Below, piece after piece: positions 37,809-48,175 of a stretch of 61,803 bases of DNA; positions within the stretch are counted from its first letter, which is position 1, and the number at the start of each line of letters is the position of its first letter. The translations under genes were made by a program, and so were the position numbers. The stretch spans positions 1 to 61,803 of the forward strand of contig CABTZO010000001.1 of NCBI GenBank assembly GCA_902489335.1, read 5' to 3'. Origin of the DNA: an uncultured Oscillospiraceae bacterium (GTDB lineage Bacteria > Bacillota > Clostridia > Oscillospirales > Acutalibacteraceae). Under the pieces are notes generated by a model, which was not told the origin of the DNA, ran no database searches, and worked only from the letters and a program-made list of their open reading frames with translations.

Positions 37809-38261
37809 TTATCTGTCTTTTAAAGCATATTCAATCTTTCTCTGCGCTTCTTTCTTTGCCGAAGCAGCTCTTTTATCGTATAGCTTTTTACCTTTGCAAA
37901 GTCCTATCAATATTTTAAGTTTTCCGGCTTTGAAATAAGCTGAAAGCGGAATCACGGTATATCCTTGTTGCTTAGAGAGACCGAACAATCTGTTTATCTC
38001 TGACTTATGCATAAGTAATTTTCTTCTTCTCTTTGGCTCGTGATTAAATCTGTTGCCGCCTTTATAAGGACTGATATGCATTCCATAAACGAAGAGTTCG
38101 CCTTTATCGAAACTGCAGTATGAATCTTTCAAGTTTATTCTGCCCATTCTGACACTCTTTACTTCAGTTCCCTGCAAAACAATGCCGGCTTCATATTCGC
38201 TTTCAACGAAATAGTCGTGATAAGCTTTTTTATTTTTTGTAACTTGAATTATTTCGCCCAT
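37809..38261 (-). CDS. smpB: SsrA-binding protein
   Basis: 150 aa with KKAYHDY...EAGIVL.GTEVKS and the basic C-terminal tail. Confidence 0.95.
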   Translation of the reverse strand: MGEIIQVTKNKKAYHDYFVESEYEAGIVLQGTEVKSVRMGRINLKDSYCSFDKGELFVYGMHISPYKGGNRFNHEPKRRRKLLMHKSEINRLFGLSKQQGYTVIPLSAYFKAGKLKILIGLCKGKKLYDKRAASAKKEAQRKIEYALKDR

Positions 38262-38282
38262 ACTTCCCTCGTCTGTATTATA

Positions 38283-38876
38283 TCACATCTCACTGCGCCC
38301 TTCTATTGCCTTGCACAAAGTTACAGAGTCTGCATATTCAAGATTTGCACCTACCGGCATTCCATAGGCAAGTCTTGTTGTTTTTACACCAAGCGGCTTT
38401 AGCAATCTTGAAATATATGTTGCCGTTGTATCACCCTCACTTGTGAGGTTAGTAGCCATAATAACTTCATTTACACCGTCTAATCTGTCTAAAAGATTAT
38501 TTATCGTCAAATCATCGGGTCCTATGCCGGCAAGCGGAGACAAAGCCCCATGCAAAACATGATAAACACCTTTGTAATTGTGTGTGTTTTCTATCGCCGT
38601 AACATCACGAGGATCTTCAACAACACAAATTGTTGTCTTATCTCGCGTATCATCGTCGCAGATATCACAGATCGGTTTGTCGGTTAAATTACAACAATAC
38701 TTGCATTTACGAACATTGTTTTTTACATCAAGTATTGTTTTTGCAAAATCCTTTGCCCTGTCAGGTTCCATATTCAAAACCGCAAAAGCCATTCTCTGTG
38801 CGCTTTTATGACCCACTCCGGGAAAAGATTGAAAATGTTCAATTAACTTTGTGAGTGCCGTTATCTCATGTATCAA
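38283..38876 (-). CDS. recR: Recombination protein RecR
   Basis: HhH motif (PGVGHKSAQR), C4 zinc finger (CKYCCNL...CDIC) and a Toprim domain. Confidence 0.95.
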   Translation of the reverse strand: MIHEITALTKLIEHFQSFPGVGHKSAQRMAFAVLNMEPDRAKDFAKTILDVKNNVRKCKYCCNLTDKPICDICDDDTRDKTTICVVEDPRDVTAIENTHNYKGVYHVLHGALSPLAGIGPDDLTINNLLDRLDGVNEVIMATNLTSEGDTTATYISRLLKPLGVKTTRLAYGMPVGANLEYADSVTLCKAIEGRSEM

Positions 38877-38878
38877 TT

Positions 38879-39220
38879 TTAAAACAAGCCTCCGAGTCCC
38901 GGCATATTTATACCGTCTGTGAGTCCTCCCATTTCTTTATCCATTGCATCAGTTGCTTTTCTCATAGCTTCATTTATTGACGCCATTATTAAGTCTTGTA
39001 GCATTTCAACATCTTCGGGATCTACAACTTCGGGATCTATTTTAATTGATTTTAATTCGTGTGCACCGGAAACTTCGACTTCAACCGCTCCGCCACCTGC
39101 GGAAGCGTTAAATGTAGAGTTTTCTATTTCCTGTTGTTTCTTGTTCATGTCCTCTTGCATTGTCTGCAATTTTTTCATCATTTCGCCCCTTGAAGGGCCT
39201 TTTGGAATATTAGCTTTCAT
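38879..39220 (-). CDS. ybaB: YbaB/EbfC nucleoid-associated protein
   Basis: 113 aa with MMKKLQ.MQ....Q.E...F.ASAGGG.V.V..G and a GMPGLGGLF tail. Confidence 0.9.
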   Translation of the reverse strand: MKANIPKGPSRGEMMKKLQTMQEDMNKKQQEIENSTFNASAGGGAVEVEVSGAHELKSIKIDPEVVDPEDVEMLQDLIMASINEAMRKATDAMDKEMGGLTDGINMPGLGGLF

Positions 39221-39233
39221 TTTTCCTCCAATA

Positions 39234-40820
39234 TTACAGATTAAAACCTGCTTTATTTATTGTGTCAATTAAATCGTCGAAATTTTTTTCGGATTCTCCG
39301 GACTTTATTTCGGCTTTTTCTTCTGATCCGACTTCAAATTTATATTCGTCTCCGTAAATTTCAACTACGGCTTCTTTTATCTTATCCGAATGAATTTTTT
39401 CTTTTACCATCCTATTAAACAAAAGATTTTGCGTGTTTATGGAAATTTTGTTGTCACTTTCATCTATTATAGCATTATCAAGTGTCCCCGAAAAAATTCG
39501 ATCTTTCTTGTAAATTAAATTTATTAGGTCTGCCTTTAAGTCTTTTTTATCAACAGTTTTTTCTTCCGGCTTAGGTTCTTCTTTTTTGTATTCTACTTTT
39601 TCTTTATCCGGGATTTTTTCAACCGGAGTTTTTTCTTTTACTTTTTCTTTATTTTGGTTATCAACAATTATTTCTTTTATTGCCTTTTCCTTTACTTTAG
39701 AAATTTCAATTTCTTTTTTATTTTCCTGTAAATCTCCATTAAAAATATTGCATAATTTTATTACGGCTATTTCCGTTTCAATAAGTCTGTTTACGCCGTC
39801 TTTCAAATTGATTCTGCTTTTTTCCACAACATCTAAAGCACGAATTATATCATTTAAAGAACACATTTCTGCACAAGATTTACAAAACTCGGCTTCGTTT
39901 TGTTCGGCATTCAACAAATCTTTACAATCATCGACGGCCTTAACAATCATAATATTCCTAAAAATCCAAATTAGAGAGTCACAAAATCTTTCCATGTCAG
40001 AAAGTGAAATATATAGTTCGGAAACCGTTTTTAAAGCTGTGGATTTGTCGCCTTTAATTACAGAAGATACAACATTGTAAAGTTTTGTTTTATCTGCAAG
40101 TCCTATAACATCATGTATGGTGTCTAAAGTCACATTTTTATCTTTAGATATACACTGATCTAAAATAGAAAGTGAGTCTCTCATTGATCCGTCGGCAAGC
40201 GAAGCTATAAATTCTGTTGCGTCGTCATCAATTGTGGCGTTTTCGTTTTGCGCTACATATTTTAGTCTTTTAGAAATATCAGAAATTGATATTCTCTTGA
40301 AATCAAATCGCTGACAACGAGATATTATCGTGTTCGGTAATTTTTGAATCTCAGTGGTCGCCAATATAAATTTTACATGTTCGGGTGGCTCCTCTAAAGT
40401 TTTCAAGAGAGCATTAAAAGCTCCGCTTGAGAGCATATGAACTTCGTCAATTATATAAACACGATATTTTGCATAAACCGGAGTGAAATTTGCTTCGTCT
40501 CTGAGTTGTCTTATGCTGTCTACACCGTTGTTAGAAGCAGCATCGATTTCAACAATATCAGTAACAGAACCATCGTCAATAGCCTTACAAGCTTCGCACT
40601 CATTACATGGATCACCGTCTTTAGGATTCAAACAATTCACTGCCTTTGCGAGAATTTTCGCACAGGTAGTCTTACCGGTTCCCCTTGAGCCTGTAAAGAG
40701 ATAGGCATGAAAATGACGGTTTTCTTTAATTTGATTTCTAAGCGTCTGAACTATCGGCTCTTGTCCTGCGACATCCGAAAAAGTTCTCGGACGGTATTTA
40801 CGATATAAAGCTAAATACAT
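39234..40820 (-). CDS. dnaX: DNA polymerase III subunit gamma/tau
   Basis: Motifs YRKYRPRTF, GSRGTGKTT, a zinc module (CNECEAC), DEVHML and SRCQRF are present. Confidence 0.95.
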   Translation of the reverse strand: MYLALYRKYRPRTFSDVAGQEPIVQTLRNQIKENRHFHAYLFTGSRGTGKTTCAKILAKAVNCLNPKDGDPCNECEACKAIDDGSVTDIVEIDAASNNGVDSIRQLRDEANFTPVYAKYRVYIIDEVHMLSSGAFNALLKTLEEPPEHVKFILATTEIQKLPNTIISRCQRFDFKRISISDISKRLKYVAQNENATIDDDATEFIASLADGSMRDSLSILDQCISKDKNVTLDTIHDVIGLADKTKLYNVVSSVIKGDKSTALKTVSELYISLSDMERFCDSLIWIFRNIMIVKAVDDCKDLLNAEQNEAEFCKSCAEMCSLNDIIRALDVVEKSRINLKDGVNRLIETEIAVIKLCNIFNGDLQENKKEIEISKVKEKAIKEIIVDNQNKEKVKEKTPVEKIPDKEKVEYKKEEPKPEEKTVDKKDLKADLINLIYKKDRIFSGTLDNAIIDESDNKISINTQNLLFNRMVKEKIHSDKIKEAVVEIYGDEYKFEVGSEEKAEIKSGESEKNFDDLIDTINKAGFNL

Positions 40821-40839
40821 ATTTACCCCTTAAATAAAA

Positions 40840-40998
40840 CGAAGGTGCTTTCACTTTATCATACGGCGTCCCGGTTATCCGTGGCACCCGTTGCGGTCCG
40901 CTTAATGCTGCTCGGTTCCCCGCCTGACATGATTCACGGTGCACCGTCGCACGGGACCGAAGCGCCATATGATGAAATAAAAGCTTTCCTCCGCTCTC
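40840..40998 (-). ncRNA. ffs: Signal recognition particle RNA, short form (no Alu domain detected)
   Basis: The minus strand contains the domain IV core ATGTCAGGCGGGGAACCGAGCAGCATTAAGCGG. Flanking arms pair (TCATATGGCG.../...CGCCGTATGA and CGGAGG/CCTTCG). Promoter TTGCCT-17-TATAAT lies at 41004-41032, and the RNA sits directly upstream of dnaX as in other Firmicutes. Confidence 0.8.
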
Positions 40999-41131
40999 GA
41001 ATTATTATATATCAAACAATATTCAAAGGCAAGCAACGTCTTGTATTTTTTAGGGTTATTATGATATAATTTTGAACTGTATAGATTATAGTATGTTATT
41101 TAGACATTAAGCGAAGGAGCATAAACTCATA

Positions 41132-43864
41132 ATGGGATTTTTTAAAACGTTATTTGGCGACTCTTCAACAAGAGAAGTTAAAAAAACTCTTCCTCTTCAA
41201 AAAAAGGTATTAGCTTTAGAAGAGGAATTTAGAAAAAAGAGCGACCAAGAACTTAGAGAGATGACAGATCAGCTAAAGGAAAGATACTCCTCGGGCGAAT
41301 CTTTAGACGATTTATTACCGGAAGCTTTTGCCAACTGTATTGAAGCCTCGGAACGTGTTTTGGGAATGAGACATTATCCGGTTCAGATTATCGGCGGAAT
41401 TGTTCTGCATAAAGGCGGAATTGCCGAAATGAAAACCGGTGAAGGTAAAACTTTAGTGGCAACTCTTCCCGCATACTTAAACGCATTGACCGGAAAAGGC
41501 GTTCACATTGTTACTGTTAACGATTATCTTGCAAAACGTGACTCTGAATGGATGGGCAAGGTTTATCGTTTCTTGGGACTTGAAGTTGGTCTTATCGTAA
41601 ACGGTCTTGATAACGGCATGAGAAGAAAAGCTTATGCTGCCGATATCACATACGGAACAAATAATGAATTTGGATTTGATTATCTTAGAGATAACATGGT
41701 CCTTTATAAAAAAGATAAAGTTCAAAGAGGACATTCTTATTGTATCGTCGATGAAGTTGACTCAATTTTAATCGATGAAGCGAGAACTCCGCTTATCATT
41801 TCCGGTATGGGTACCGAGTCTACGGATCTTTATAAACAGGCAGATCTTTTCGTATCCGACCTTGTTATGACTAAGGTTACGGAACTTGACGAAAAAGAAG
41901 AATATGAAACTGTAGCTGACGGAGATTATGTTGTTGACGAAAAAGCAAAAACCGCAGTTTTAACACAAGCCGGTGTAAAGAAAGCTGAAGCTTATTTCAA
42001 CCTGGAAAACCTTATGGACGGAGATAACACGACTCTTTTGCATCACATCAACCAAGCCATCAAGGCACATGGTGTTATGCACAACGATGTTGACTATGTT
42101 GTAAAAGACGGTGAAATACTTATCGTTGATGAATTTACCGGTCGTATTATGAACGGCAGACGATACAACGAAGGTCTTCATCAGGCAATTGAAGCAAAAG
42201 AGGGTGTTGAAGTTAAAAGAGAGAGTAAAACTCTTGCCACCATCACTTTCCAAAACTATTTCCGTCTTTATGACAAAATTGCCGGTATGACCGGAACCGC
42301 TATGACTGAAGCGGAAGAATTCAGCGAAATTTATAAACTTTATCCCGTTGAGATACCCACAAACAAACCGATGATTAGAATTGATCACGACGACATCATT
42401 TATAAAACCGAACTCGGAAAATTCAATGCGGTTGTCGATAAAATTCAAGAGTGTAAAGCAAAAGGGCAGCCTGTTTTGGTCGGAACCGTTTCTGTCGAAA
42501 AATCTGAAAGATTAAGTGCTTTACTCAACAAAAAAGGAATTGAACATGAGGTCTTAAACGCAAAGAATCACGAAAAAGAAGCGCAGATTATCGCTCAAGC
42601 CGGTAAATTTGGAGCAGTTACAATTGCAACAAACATGGCAGGACGTGGTACCGATATTATGCTCGGCGGAAATCCCGAATATATGGCGAAAGCAAAGTTA
42701 AAGACACTTCAATACGACAATTTTGTTATAAACGAAGCCATGGGATTTGCTGAAACAGATGATGAAGATGTTTTGAAAGCACGTGCCGATTTTGAAAAGT
42801 GGTTCAACACTTACAAAGAGGAAGTTAAACCACAGGCTCAAAAAGTTATTGACGCCGGCGGTCTTTATATCATTGGTACAGAACGCCACGAAGCACGAAG
42901 AATTGACAATCAGTTACGCGGTCGTTCCGGACGACAAGGAGATCCGGGTGAAAGTTGTTTCTATCTGTCAACCGAAGATGATTTACTCAGACTTTTCGGC
43001 GGAGATAAGATGAAGAGAATAATGAGCACTCTCAATGTTGATGAAGATATGCCCATTCAAGTAAAGATGCTTACAAAAATTATTGAATCTTCACAGAAAA
43101 AAGTAGAAGCTCAAAACTACTACATAAGAAAACATGTTCTTGAATATGATGATGTTATGAATCGTCAGAGAGAACTGATTTACGACCAACGTAATCAGGT
43201 ATTGAATGATGTTGATTTGAAATCAACAATAACAAAAATGATCGACGAAACAATCAGAGAAGATGTTAATCTTTTCTGCCCTGAACTTGCAGATCCAAAC
43301 ACATGGAATATTATCGGTCTTCGTGATAAGTGGTTGCATGTTCTGACAACCGAAGATGACTTTGATAAAAATCTCAAGAATCCCGATTTGATAGAGCTTT
43401 TAACTAAACGCGCGCATAATATATACGAGGAAAAAGAAGAAGACTTTACTTCGGAAATAATGCGTGAGCTTGAAAGAATGGTTCTTCTGCGTAATGTTGA
43501 TACATATTGGATGGATCACATTGACAATATGGAAGAACTCAAAAAGGGAATCGGTCTTCGTGCCTATGCACAGAAGGATCCGGTTGTTATGTTCAAACTC
43601 GAATCTTTCGATATGTTTGATGAAATGTCAGCTGCGATTAGAGAAAATACTGTTTTCCAAATGCTAACCGTTAAACTCACAAACAGAGATGAAGTTATTA
43701 GAAATCAAGTTGCAAAAAACACAAAGACGAATGAAGAAAGAGAAGAAAAGAACAAACCGGTAAGAAGAAAGACCAAAAAAGTCGGTCCAAACGATCCTTG
43801 TCCTTGCGGCAGCGGTAAAAAATATAAAAAATGCTGTATGCTGAAGGAAAACGCCGAAAAATAA
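41132..43864 (+). CDS. secA: Preprotein translocase ATPase SecA
   Basis: 910 aa. Motifs [28 protein letters not shown] and [10 protein letters not shown] are present, with the C-terminal zinc motif [13 protein letters not shown]. Confidence 0.97.
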   Translation: MGFFKTLFGDSSTREVKKTLPLQKKVLALEEEFRKKSDQELREMTDQLKERYSSGESLDDLLPEAFANCIEASERVLGMRHYPVQIIGGIVLHKGGIAEMKTGEGKTLVATLPAYLNALTGKGVHIVTVNDYLAKRDSEWMGKVYRFLGLEVGLIVNGLDNGMRRKAYAADITYGTNNEFGFDYLRDNMVLYKKDKVQRGHSYCIVDEVDSILIDEARTPLIISGMGTESTDLYKQADLFVSDLVMTKVTELDEKEEYETVADGDYVVDEKAKTAVLTQAGVKKAEAYFNLENLMDGDNTTLLHHINQAIKAHGVMHNDVDYVVKDGEILIVDEFTGRIMNGRRYNEGLHQAIEAKEGVEVKRESKTLATITFQNYFRLYDKIAGMTGTAMTEAEEFSEIYKLYPVEIPTNKPMIRIDHDDIIYKTELGKFNAVVDKIQECKAKGQPVLVGTVSVEKSERLSALLNKKGIEHEVLNAKNHEKEAQIIAQAGKFGAVTIATNMAGRGTDIMLGGNPEYMAKAKLKTLQYDNFVINEAMGFAETDDEDVLKARADFEKWFNTYKEEVKPQAQKVIDAGGLYIIGTERHEARRIDNQLRGRSGRQGDPGESCFYLSTEDDLLRLFGGDKMKRIMSTLNVDEDMPIQVKMLTKIIESSQKKVEAQNYYIRKHVLEYDDVMNRQRELIYDQRNQVLNDVDLKSTITKMIDETIREDVNLFCPELADPNTWNIIGLRDKWLHVLTTEDDFDKNLKNPDLIELLTKRAHNIYEEKEEDFTSEIMRELERMVLLRNVDTYWMDHIDNMEELKKGIGLRAYAQKDPVVMFKLESFDMFDEMSAAIRENTVFQMLTVKLTNRDEVIRNQVAKNTKTNEEREEKNKPVRRKTKKVGPNDPCPCGSGKKYKKCCMLKENAEK

Positions 43865-43868
43865 AATA

Positions 43869-43904
43869 AAGGCCTTGAAGAAAATCTTCAAGGCCTTGTT
43901 TTTT
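43869..43904. terminator. Bidirectional intrinsic terminator
   Basis: A 12-bp stem (aaggccttgaag-aaaat-cttcaaggcctt) flanked by an A-run and a T-run. Confidence 0.8.
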
Positions 43905-44343
43905 ATGACAAAAAGTCTAAAAATTCCAAAGTTTCGTTAATGAATTTTTTTGCTTTTTCAATAGTTTTTTCTTGTTCGTTTTCCGGAGCAATCATAGCAG
44001 GAATATTTTCATTTAATATAGAATAAACTTTTGTAAGCGTTGTTTCGCATCTGTCAACCGGATCAGAAAACTCGAATACCAATCCTTTACCGGCTAACGT
44101 TTTAAGACTGATTAGATTTTCTGCCACAGCATTGTGATTTTTTACAACATTTACAATAAACGGATTATTTGTTTCATCTGAAATTGAAACCGTTTTATAA
44201 TGCTTTGTCTTTCTAACAACTTCTCTTGTTTCATCTTCTTTGCTCAAAACATCGACATCATCAAAATCAATGTCATGAATTTCAAAGCTTTCCGGAAAGT
44301 CAGCATTTTCAAAATTTTCATTAATATCTTTGTTTTCAAACAT
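43903..44343 (-). CDS. Hypothetical acidic cytoplasmic protein
   Basis: 146 aa ORF with an acidic N-terminus. I recognise no motif. Confidence 0.45.
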   Translation of the reverse strand: MFENKDINENFENADFPESFEIHDIDFDDVDVLSKEDETREVVRKTKHYKTVSISDETNNPFIVNVVKNHNAVAENLISLKTLAGKGLVFEFSDPVDRCETTLTKVYSILNENIPAMIAPENEQEKTIEKAKKFINETLEFLDFLS

Positions 44344-44352
44344 AATAATTAC

Positions 44353-44547
44353 CTATTTAATTATCCAACTGTTTTTCATTTCTTCGTCCGGAAGTTTCAA
44401 TGACTTATCTAACAATTTGTCATCAACAAGTTCTTTTGTCTTGTTACCCGCTATTTCAATGGCGGTGGCAAAAGAGGCAAAAATTCCTGTCGCCAAAGCG
44501 ATTCCTACGATTGCTGCCGCGAACAATAAATTGTCTTTATCTTTCAT
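44353..44547 (-). CDS. Small YtxH-like membrane-anchored protein
   Basis: Start moved to MKDKDNLL (strong RBS AAGGGGG 5 nt upstream). One Ala/Gly-rich TM segment (LLFAAAIVGIALATGIFASFA) is followed by a charged helix. Confidence 0.5.
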   Translation of the reverse strand: MKDKDNLLFAAAIVGIALATGIFASFATAIEIAGNKTKELVDDKLLDKSLKLPDEEMKNSWIIK

Positions 44548-44612
44548 AATATCCCCCTTAAGCATTATAATTATACTATAAATTATAATAAATTGCAGAT
44601 ACAAATAAAATG

Positions 44613-44671
44613 CGGCGTTTTGCTGCTTTTACCGTCTGTTAGATTACGGATAATAGACAAGCAAAACGCCG
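44613..44671 (-). terminator. Long stem-loop / terminator after the EF-G paralogue
   Basis: Arms cggcgttttgc and gcaaaacgccg enclose an inner accgt...acgg hairpin. On the minus strand this is followed by CATTTTATTT. Confidence 0.55.
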
Positions 44672-44684
44672 ATTAATTTATTTT

Positions 44685-46745
44685 TTATTCGGTCTTTGAA
44701 TCTTCAATTATTTTTTGTGCTAAATTTTCGGGAAGTTTTTCATATCTTGCAAACTCTTTTTCAAAAGAACCTTTTCCCTTTGCAACCGATCTGATGAAAA
44801 TCGGAAAATCGGTAAGTTCTGCTTCCGGAACTTCGGCAACCAAAATTTGTCCGTCACCGTCTTCGTTTGGTTCCATTCCCAAAACTTTTCCGCGACGCTT
44901 GGTTATATCGCCCATAACATCTCCGGTGTTTTCGTCGGGGATATCTATTTTTAATTTTTCAATAGGTTCCAAAATAACGGGCGACGCCTGTGGTATGCCG
45001 TTTTTATAAGCTAAAATTGCCGCAAGTTTAAATGCCATTTCAGAAGAGTCAACCGGATGGCTTGATCCGTCGTAAAGTGTTGCATGTATTCCAACCATCG
45101 GATATCCCGCCAGCACGCCATGTTCAATCGCTTCCTGAAGACCTTTTTCAACAGCCGGGAAATAGTTTTTCGGAACAGCACCGCCAAAAACTTCCTCATC
45201 AAAAACGAGTCCTTCTGAATCACAGGGAGCAAATCTTATCCAAACATCACCGAATTGTCCGTGTCCGCCGGACTGTTTCTTGTGACGACCCTGGACTTCT
45301 ACCTTTTTCTGAATAGTTTCTCTATATGCAACCTTTGGAGTCTCAAGTGTAACATCTACCCCGTATTTACTTTTTAGTTTAGATACAACATATTCAATAT
45401 GCTGTTCACCGAGGCCCGACAAAATTTGTTCTTTAGTCTCATTGTTTACGGTAAAAGCAAGACAAACGTCTTCCTGTAATATCCTGTTGAGTCCGCTTGC
45501 TATTTTGTCCTCTTCTCCCTTTTTTGTCGGTTTAATGGCAAGAGAATACATTGGTTGCAGTTTAAACATCGGAGCAAGTTTCAAATGTTTATCAACAGAA
45601 GAAATTGTATCGGAAGTATTTATCTGTTCAGCCTTTGTTATAACACCGATATCGCCGGCAATAATTTGCTTCGTTTCTTCCATTTTTGATCCGTGTGGAT
45701 AGAAAAGTTTTCCTATTTTTATCATTTCTCCGGTCGTTGTATTATAAACGGTCATATCGCTCTTTAAAGTACCGGAAATAACTTTTATGTAATTTTGTTT
45801 TCCGATAAACGGATCATATATGGTTTTAAAACATATAGCCGCAAGAGGTTCTGTCGGATCAACAGAGATTTGAGTTACTTCATCTTTTTCATCGAAAACC
45901 TTTTCGCAGGCCTTTATTTTTGAACTCGGAGCAAGATTTATGATTCCATAAAGAAGCTCTCCGATTGCGTCTAAAGTTTTTCCGCTACAACCGTAAATAG
46001 GATAAATACTTCCGTTTGCAACACCGTCTTTTAACGCATTGTATGCTTCTTCTTCCGTAAATGCTTCTCCGTTAAAATAGCGTTCCATCAATTCATCCGA
46101 AGACATGGCAACGGCTTCATTAAATATTTCACGCATGGCATCTAATTTTTCACTTTGAGGCATTTCGACTTTAACTTTTTCGCCTGATGAATAATCGAAA
46201 GCAAGGTTTTGAGCCAAGTTTACAAAGCATTTTACCTTTTTATCTTCGATAAACGGCACTACAACCGGGCAAAGTTTAGTTCCGTGAACTTGTTTCAAAG
46301 TGTCAAAAATATTACCGAAATTAGCTTCCGGTGCATCAACCTTTGTTACTACAAAAAATGTAGATAAATTTCTCTTCTTAGAATATTTAAAAGCCTTTTG
46401 CGCTCCTACATCATATTCAGGTTTTTCGGCGTCACAGACAATCATAACAGATCCTGCCGCTCTTATTCCTTCTAAGAGACCACCCTCAAAGTCAAAAAGA
46501 CCGGGAGTATCAATAAGATTGATTTTGTAATCTTTCCAATTAAGCGAAGCAACAGCAGAAGACAGTGTATTTTTTCTTTTCTTTTCCTCGTCTTCAAAAT
46601 CCATTACTGTGTTCTGTGATTCAATGCTTCCCAACTTATCCGTCGCTTTTGCTATATACAAAAGAGCCTCACAAAGAGTTGTTTTTCCTCTTGAAGCATG
46701 TCCTGTTATTGCAATATTTTTGATTTTATCGGAACTTACCTGCAT
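44685..46745 (-). CDS. Elongation factor G paralogue (translational GTPase)
   Basis: Start moved to MQVSS (RBS GGAGG). G motifs are GHASRGKTT, DTPG and TKVD. EF-G domains II-V are recognisable (for example HKKQSGGHGQFGDV and GYPMVGI...DGSSHPVDSSE). Confidence 0.85.
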   Translation of the reverse strand: MQVSSDKIKNIAITGHASRGKTTLCEALLYIAKATDKLGSIESQNTVMDFEDEEKKRKNTLSSAVASLNWKDYKINLIDTPGLFDFEGGLLEGIRAAGSVMIVCDAEKPEYDVGAQKAFKYSKKRNLSTFFVVTKVDAPEANFGNIFDTLKQVHGTKLCPVVVPFIEDKKVKCFVNLAQNLAFDYSSGEKVKVEMPQSEKLDAMREIFNEAVAMSSDELMERYFNGEAFTEEEAYNALKDGVANGSIYPIYGCSGKTLDAIGELLYGIINLAPSSKIKACEKVFDEKDEVTQISVDPTEPLAAICFKTIYDPFIGKQNYIKVISGTLKSDMTVYNTTTGEMIKIGKLFYPHGSKMEETKQIIAGDIGVITKAEQINTSDTISSVDKHLKLAPMFKLQPMYSLAIKPTKKGEEDKIASGLNRILQEDVCLAFTVNNETKEQILSGLGEQHIEYVVSKLKSKYGVDVTLETPKVAYRETIQKKVEVQGRHKKQSGGHGQFGDVWIRFAPCDSEGLVFDEEVFGGAVPKNYFPAVEKGLQEAIEHGVLAGYPMVGIHATLYDGSSHPVDSSEMAFKLAAILAYKNGIPQASPVILEPIEKLKIDIPDENTGDVMGDITKRRGKVLGMEPNEDGDGQILVAEVPEAELTDFPIFIRSVAKGKGSFEKEFARYEKLPENLAQKIIEDSKTE

Positions 46746-47044
46746 TTTGAACCTCCACAAATTATTTTTATAAATGTAAACAAACTGTGTTTATTTATAT
46801 AAATCGATTTGTTTAATATATATAAATATCTTTTCGATTTTAACATAGATTTTTAGCATTTTCAATAACTTACAACCCTTGGCGCAACACTATTTGTTAA
46901 CTAACCGTAAAATTTCGGCAAATTAGCCAAAATTCAGACGTTAAAAGGCTCAAAATATTTGACTTTAATCAATATTCATCATAAAATGATTATTGACTTT
47001 CACATTAATTTACATGAGAAATACTAATAAAAAGGAGAGATAAT

Positions 47045-48076
47045 ATGAAGGTATTTATGATTGGCGGAACCGGTTTACTCGGTTCAGAAGCTGCCAGAAT
47101 CTTCATCGAAAGAGGACACTCTGTAAAATCAGTAGCACTTCCTCCGCTTCCCGAAGGTGCTCCAATTCCCAAAGAAATGGAACTTACTTTTTGCGATATT
47201 AACAAAGCAAGTGATGAAGAAGTTAAAGAAATGATGAAGGGCTGCGACTGTTTCGTATTCGCTGCAGGAGTTGACGAAAGAGTTCCTTTCCCACCACCCG
47301 TATACGCCGCATATGAAAAATTCAACATTGCTCCTCTCAGAAGACTTCTTCCGATTTGTAAAGAAATCGGAATGAAAAAAGCTGTTGTTTTAGGTTCATA
47401 CTTTGCATATCTTGCAAAAGAAAGACCTGACATGAAGCTCACAGAAAAACACCCCTACATCAGAAGCAGAATTGATCAAGAAGAAGTTGCATTTTCTTTT
47501 GCAGATGAAAACTTTGATGTATCTGTTTTGGAACTTCCTTATATTTTCGGAACACAACCCGGTCGTAAACCTGTTTGGGTTATCTTAATTGAACAGCTCG
47601 AATCTATGGATAAGTTCCCGGCAACCTTCTATCCGAAGGGCGGAACAGCAATGCTTACAGTAAGACAAGTAGGCGAAGCAATCGTTGGTGCCGCTGAACG
47701 TTCAACCGGTGCTAAAGCATGGCCTATCAGCTGTTACAACTTAACATGGAGAGAATTCCTTGCTATCGTTTATGATGCACGTGGAATGGGAAGAGACAGA
47801 AAGATTATCGACGTTCCTCCAATAATGTTCAAGATGTTCGGACTCTATATGCGTCAAGAATACAAAAAGAACAATGTTCAGGGCGGAATTGATCCAGTAG
47901 GTCTTGCAGATATCATGAGCATGAACCTCTTCATTGATACAAAATATTCATATGAAGATCTTGGATGCACTGAAGACAATATTGAAAATGCAATTTTTGA
48001 TTCAATCAAACTCAGTGTTGATGCGCACAACGGAACTGCTAAACTCATTGACATGGCAGGCGAAGCAAAGAAATAA
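47045..48076 (+). CDS. NAD(P)-dependent epimerase/dehydratase-family (extended SDR) protein
   Basis: RBS AAGGAGAG. N-terminal Rossmann motif GGTGLLGS. Confidence 0.7.
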   Translation: MKVFMIGGTGLLGSEAARIFIERGHSVKSVALPPLPEGAPIPKEMELTFCDINKASDEEVKEMMKGCDCFVFAAGVDERVPFPPPVYAAYEKFNIAPLRRLLPICKEIGMKKAVVLGSYFAYLAKERPDMKLTEKHPYIRSRIDQEEVAFSFADENFDVSVLELPYIFGTQPGRKPVWVILIEQLESMDKFPATFYPKGGTAMLTVRQVGEAIVGAAERSTGAKAWPISCYNLTWREFLAIVYDARGMGRDRKIIDVPPIMFKMFGLYMRQEYKKNNVQGGIDPVGLADIMSMNLFIDTKYSYEDLGCTEDNIENAIFDSIKLSVDAHNGTAKLIDMAGEAKK

Positions 48077-48094
48077 ATTTGATTTTCAAATTTT

Positions 48095-48125
48095 AAGAGC
48101 GAACTTAGGTTCGCTCTTTTTGTTT
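48095..48125 (+). terminator. Intrinsic terminator
   Basis: Hairpin aagagcgaac-ttag-gttcgctctt followed by a T-run. Confidence 0.8.
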
Positions 48126-48175
48126 TATCATATTTATTTTTATGATATAATTATTTTGCACAAAAGGAGGTATAT

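Noticed and set aside
40845-41069. 74-aa plus-strand ORF between dnaX and secA.
   Set aside because: The region is explained by the minus-strand SRP RNA, whose GC-rich paired segments create the open frame.
46765-46800. Near-palindrome ATAAATGTAAACAAACTGTGTTTATTTAT upstream of the EF-G paralogue as a possible operator.
   Set aside because: The arms do not align without indels, and in AT-rich DNA such partial symmetry is expected by chance.
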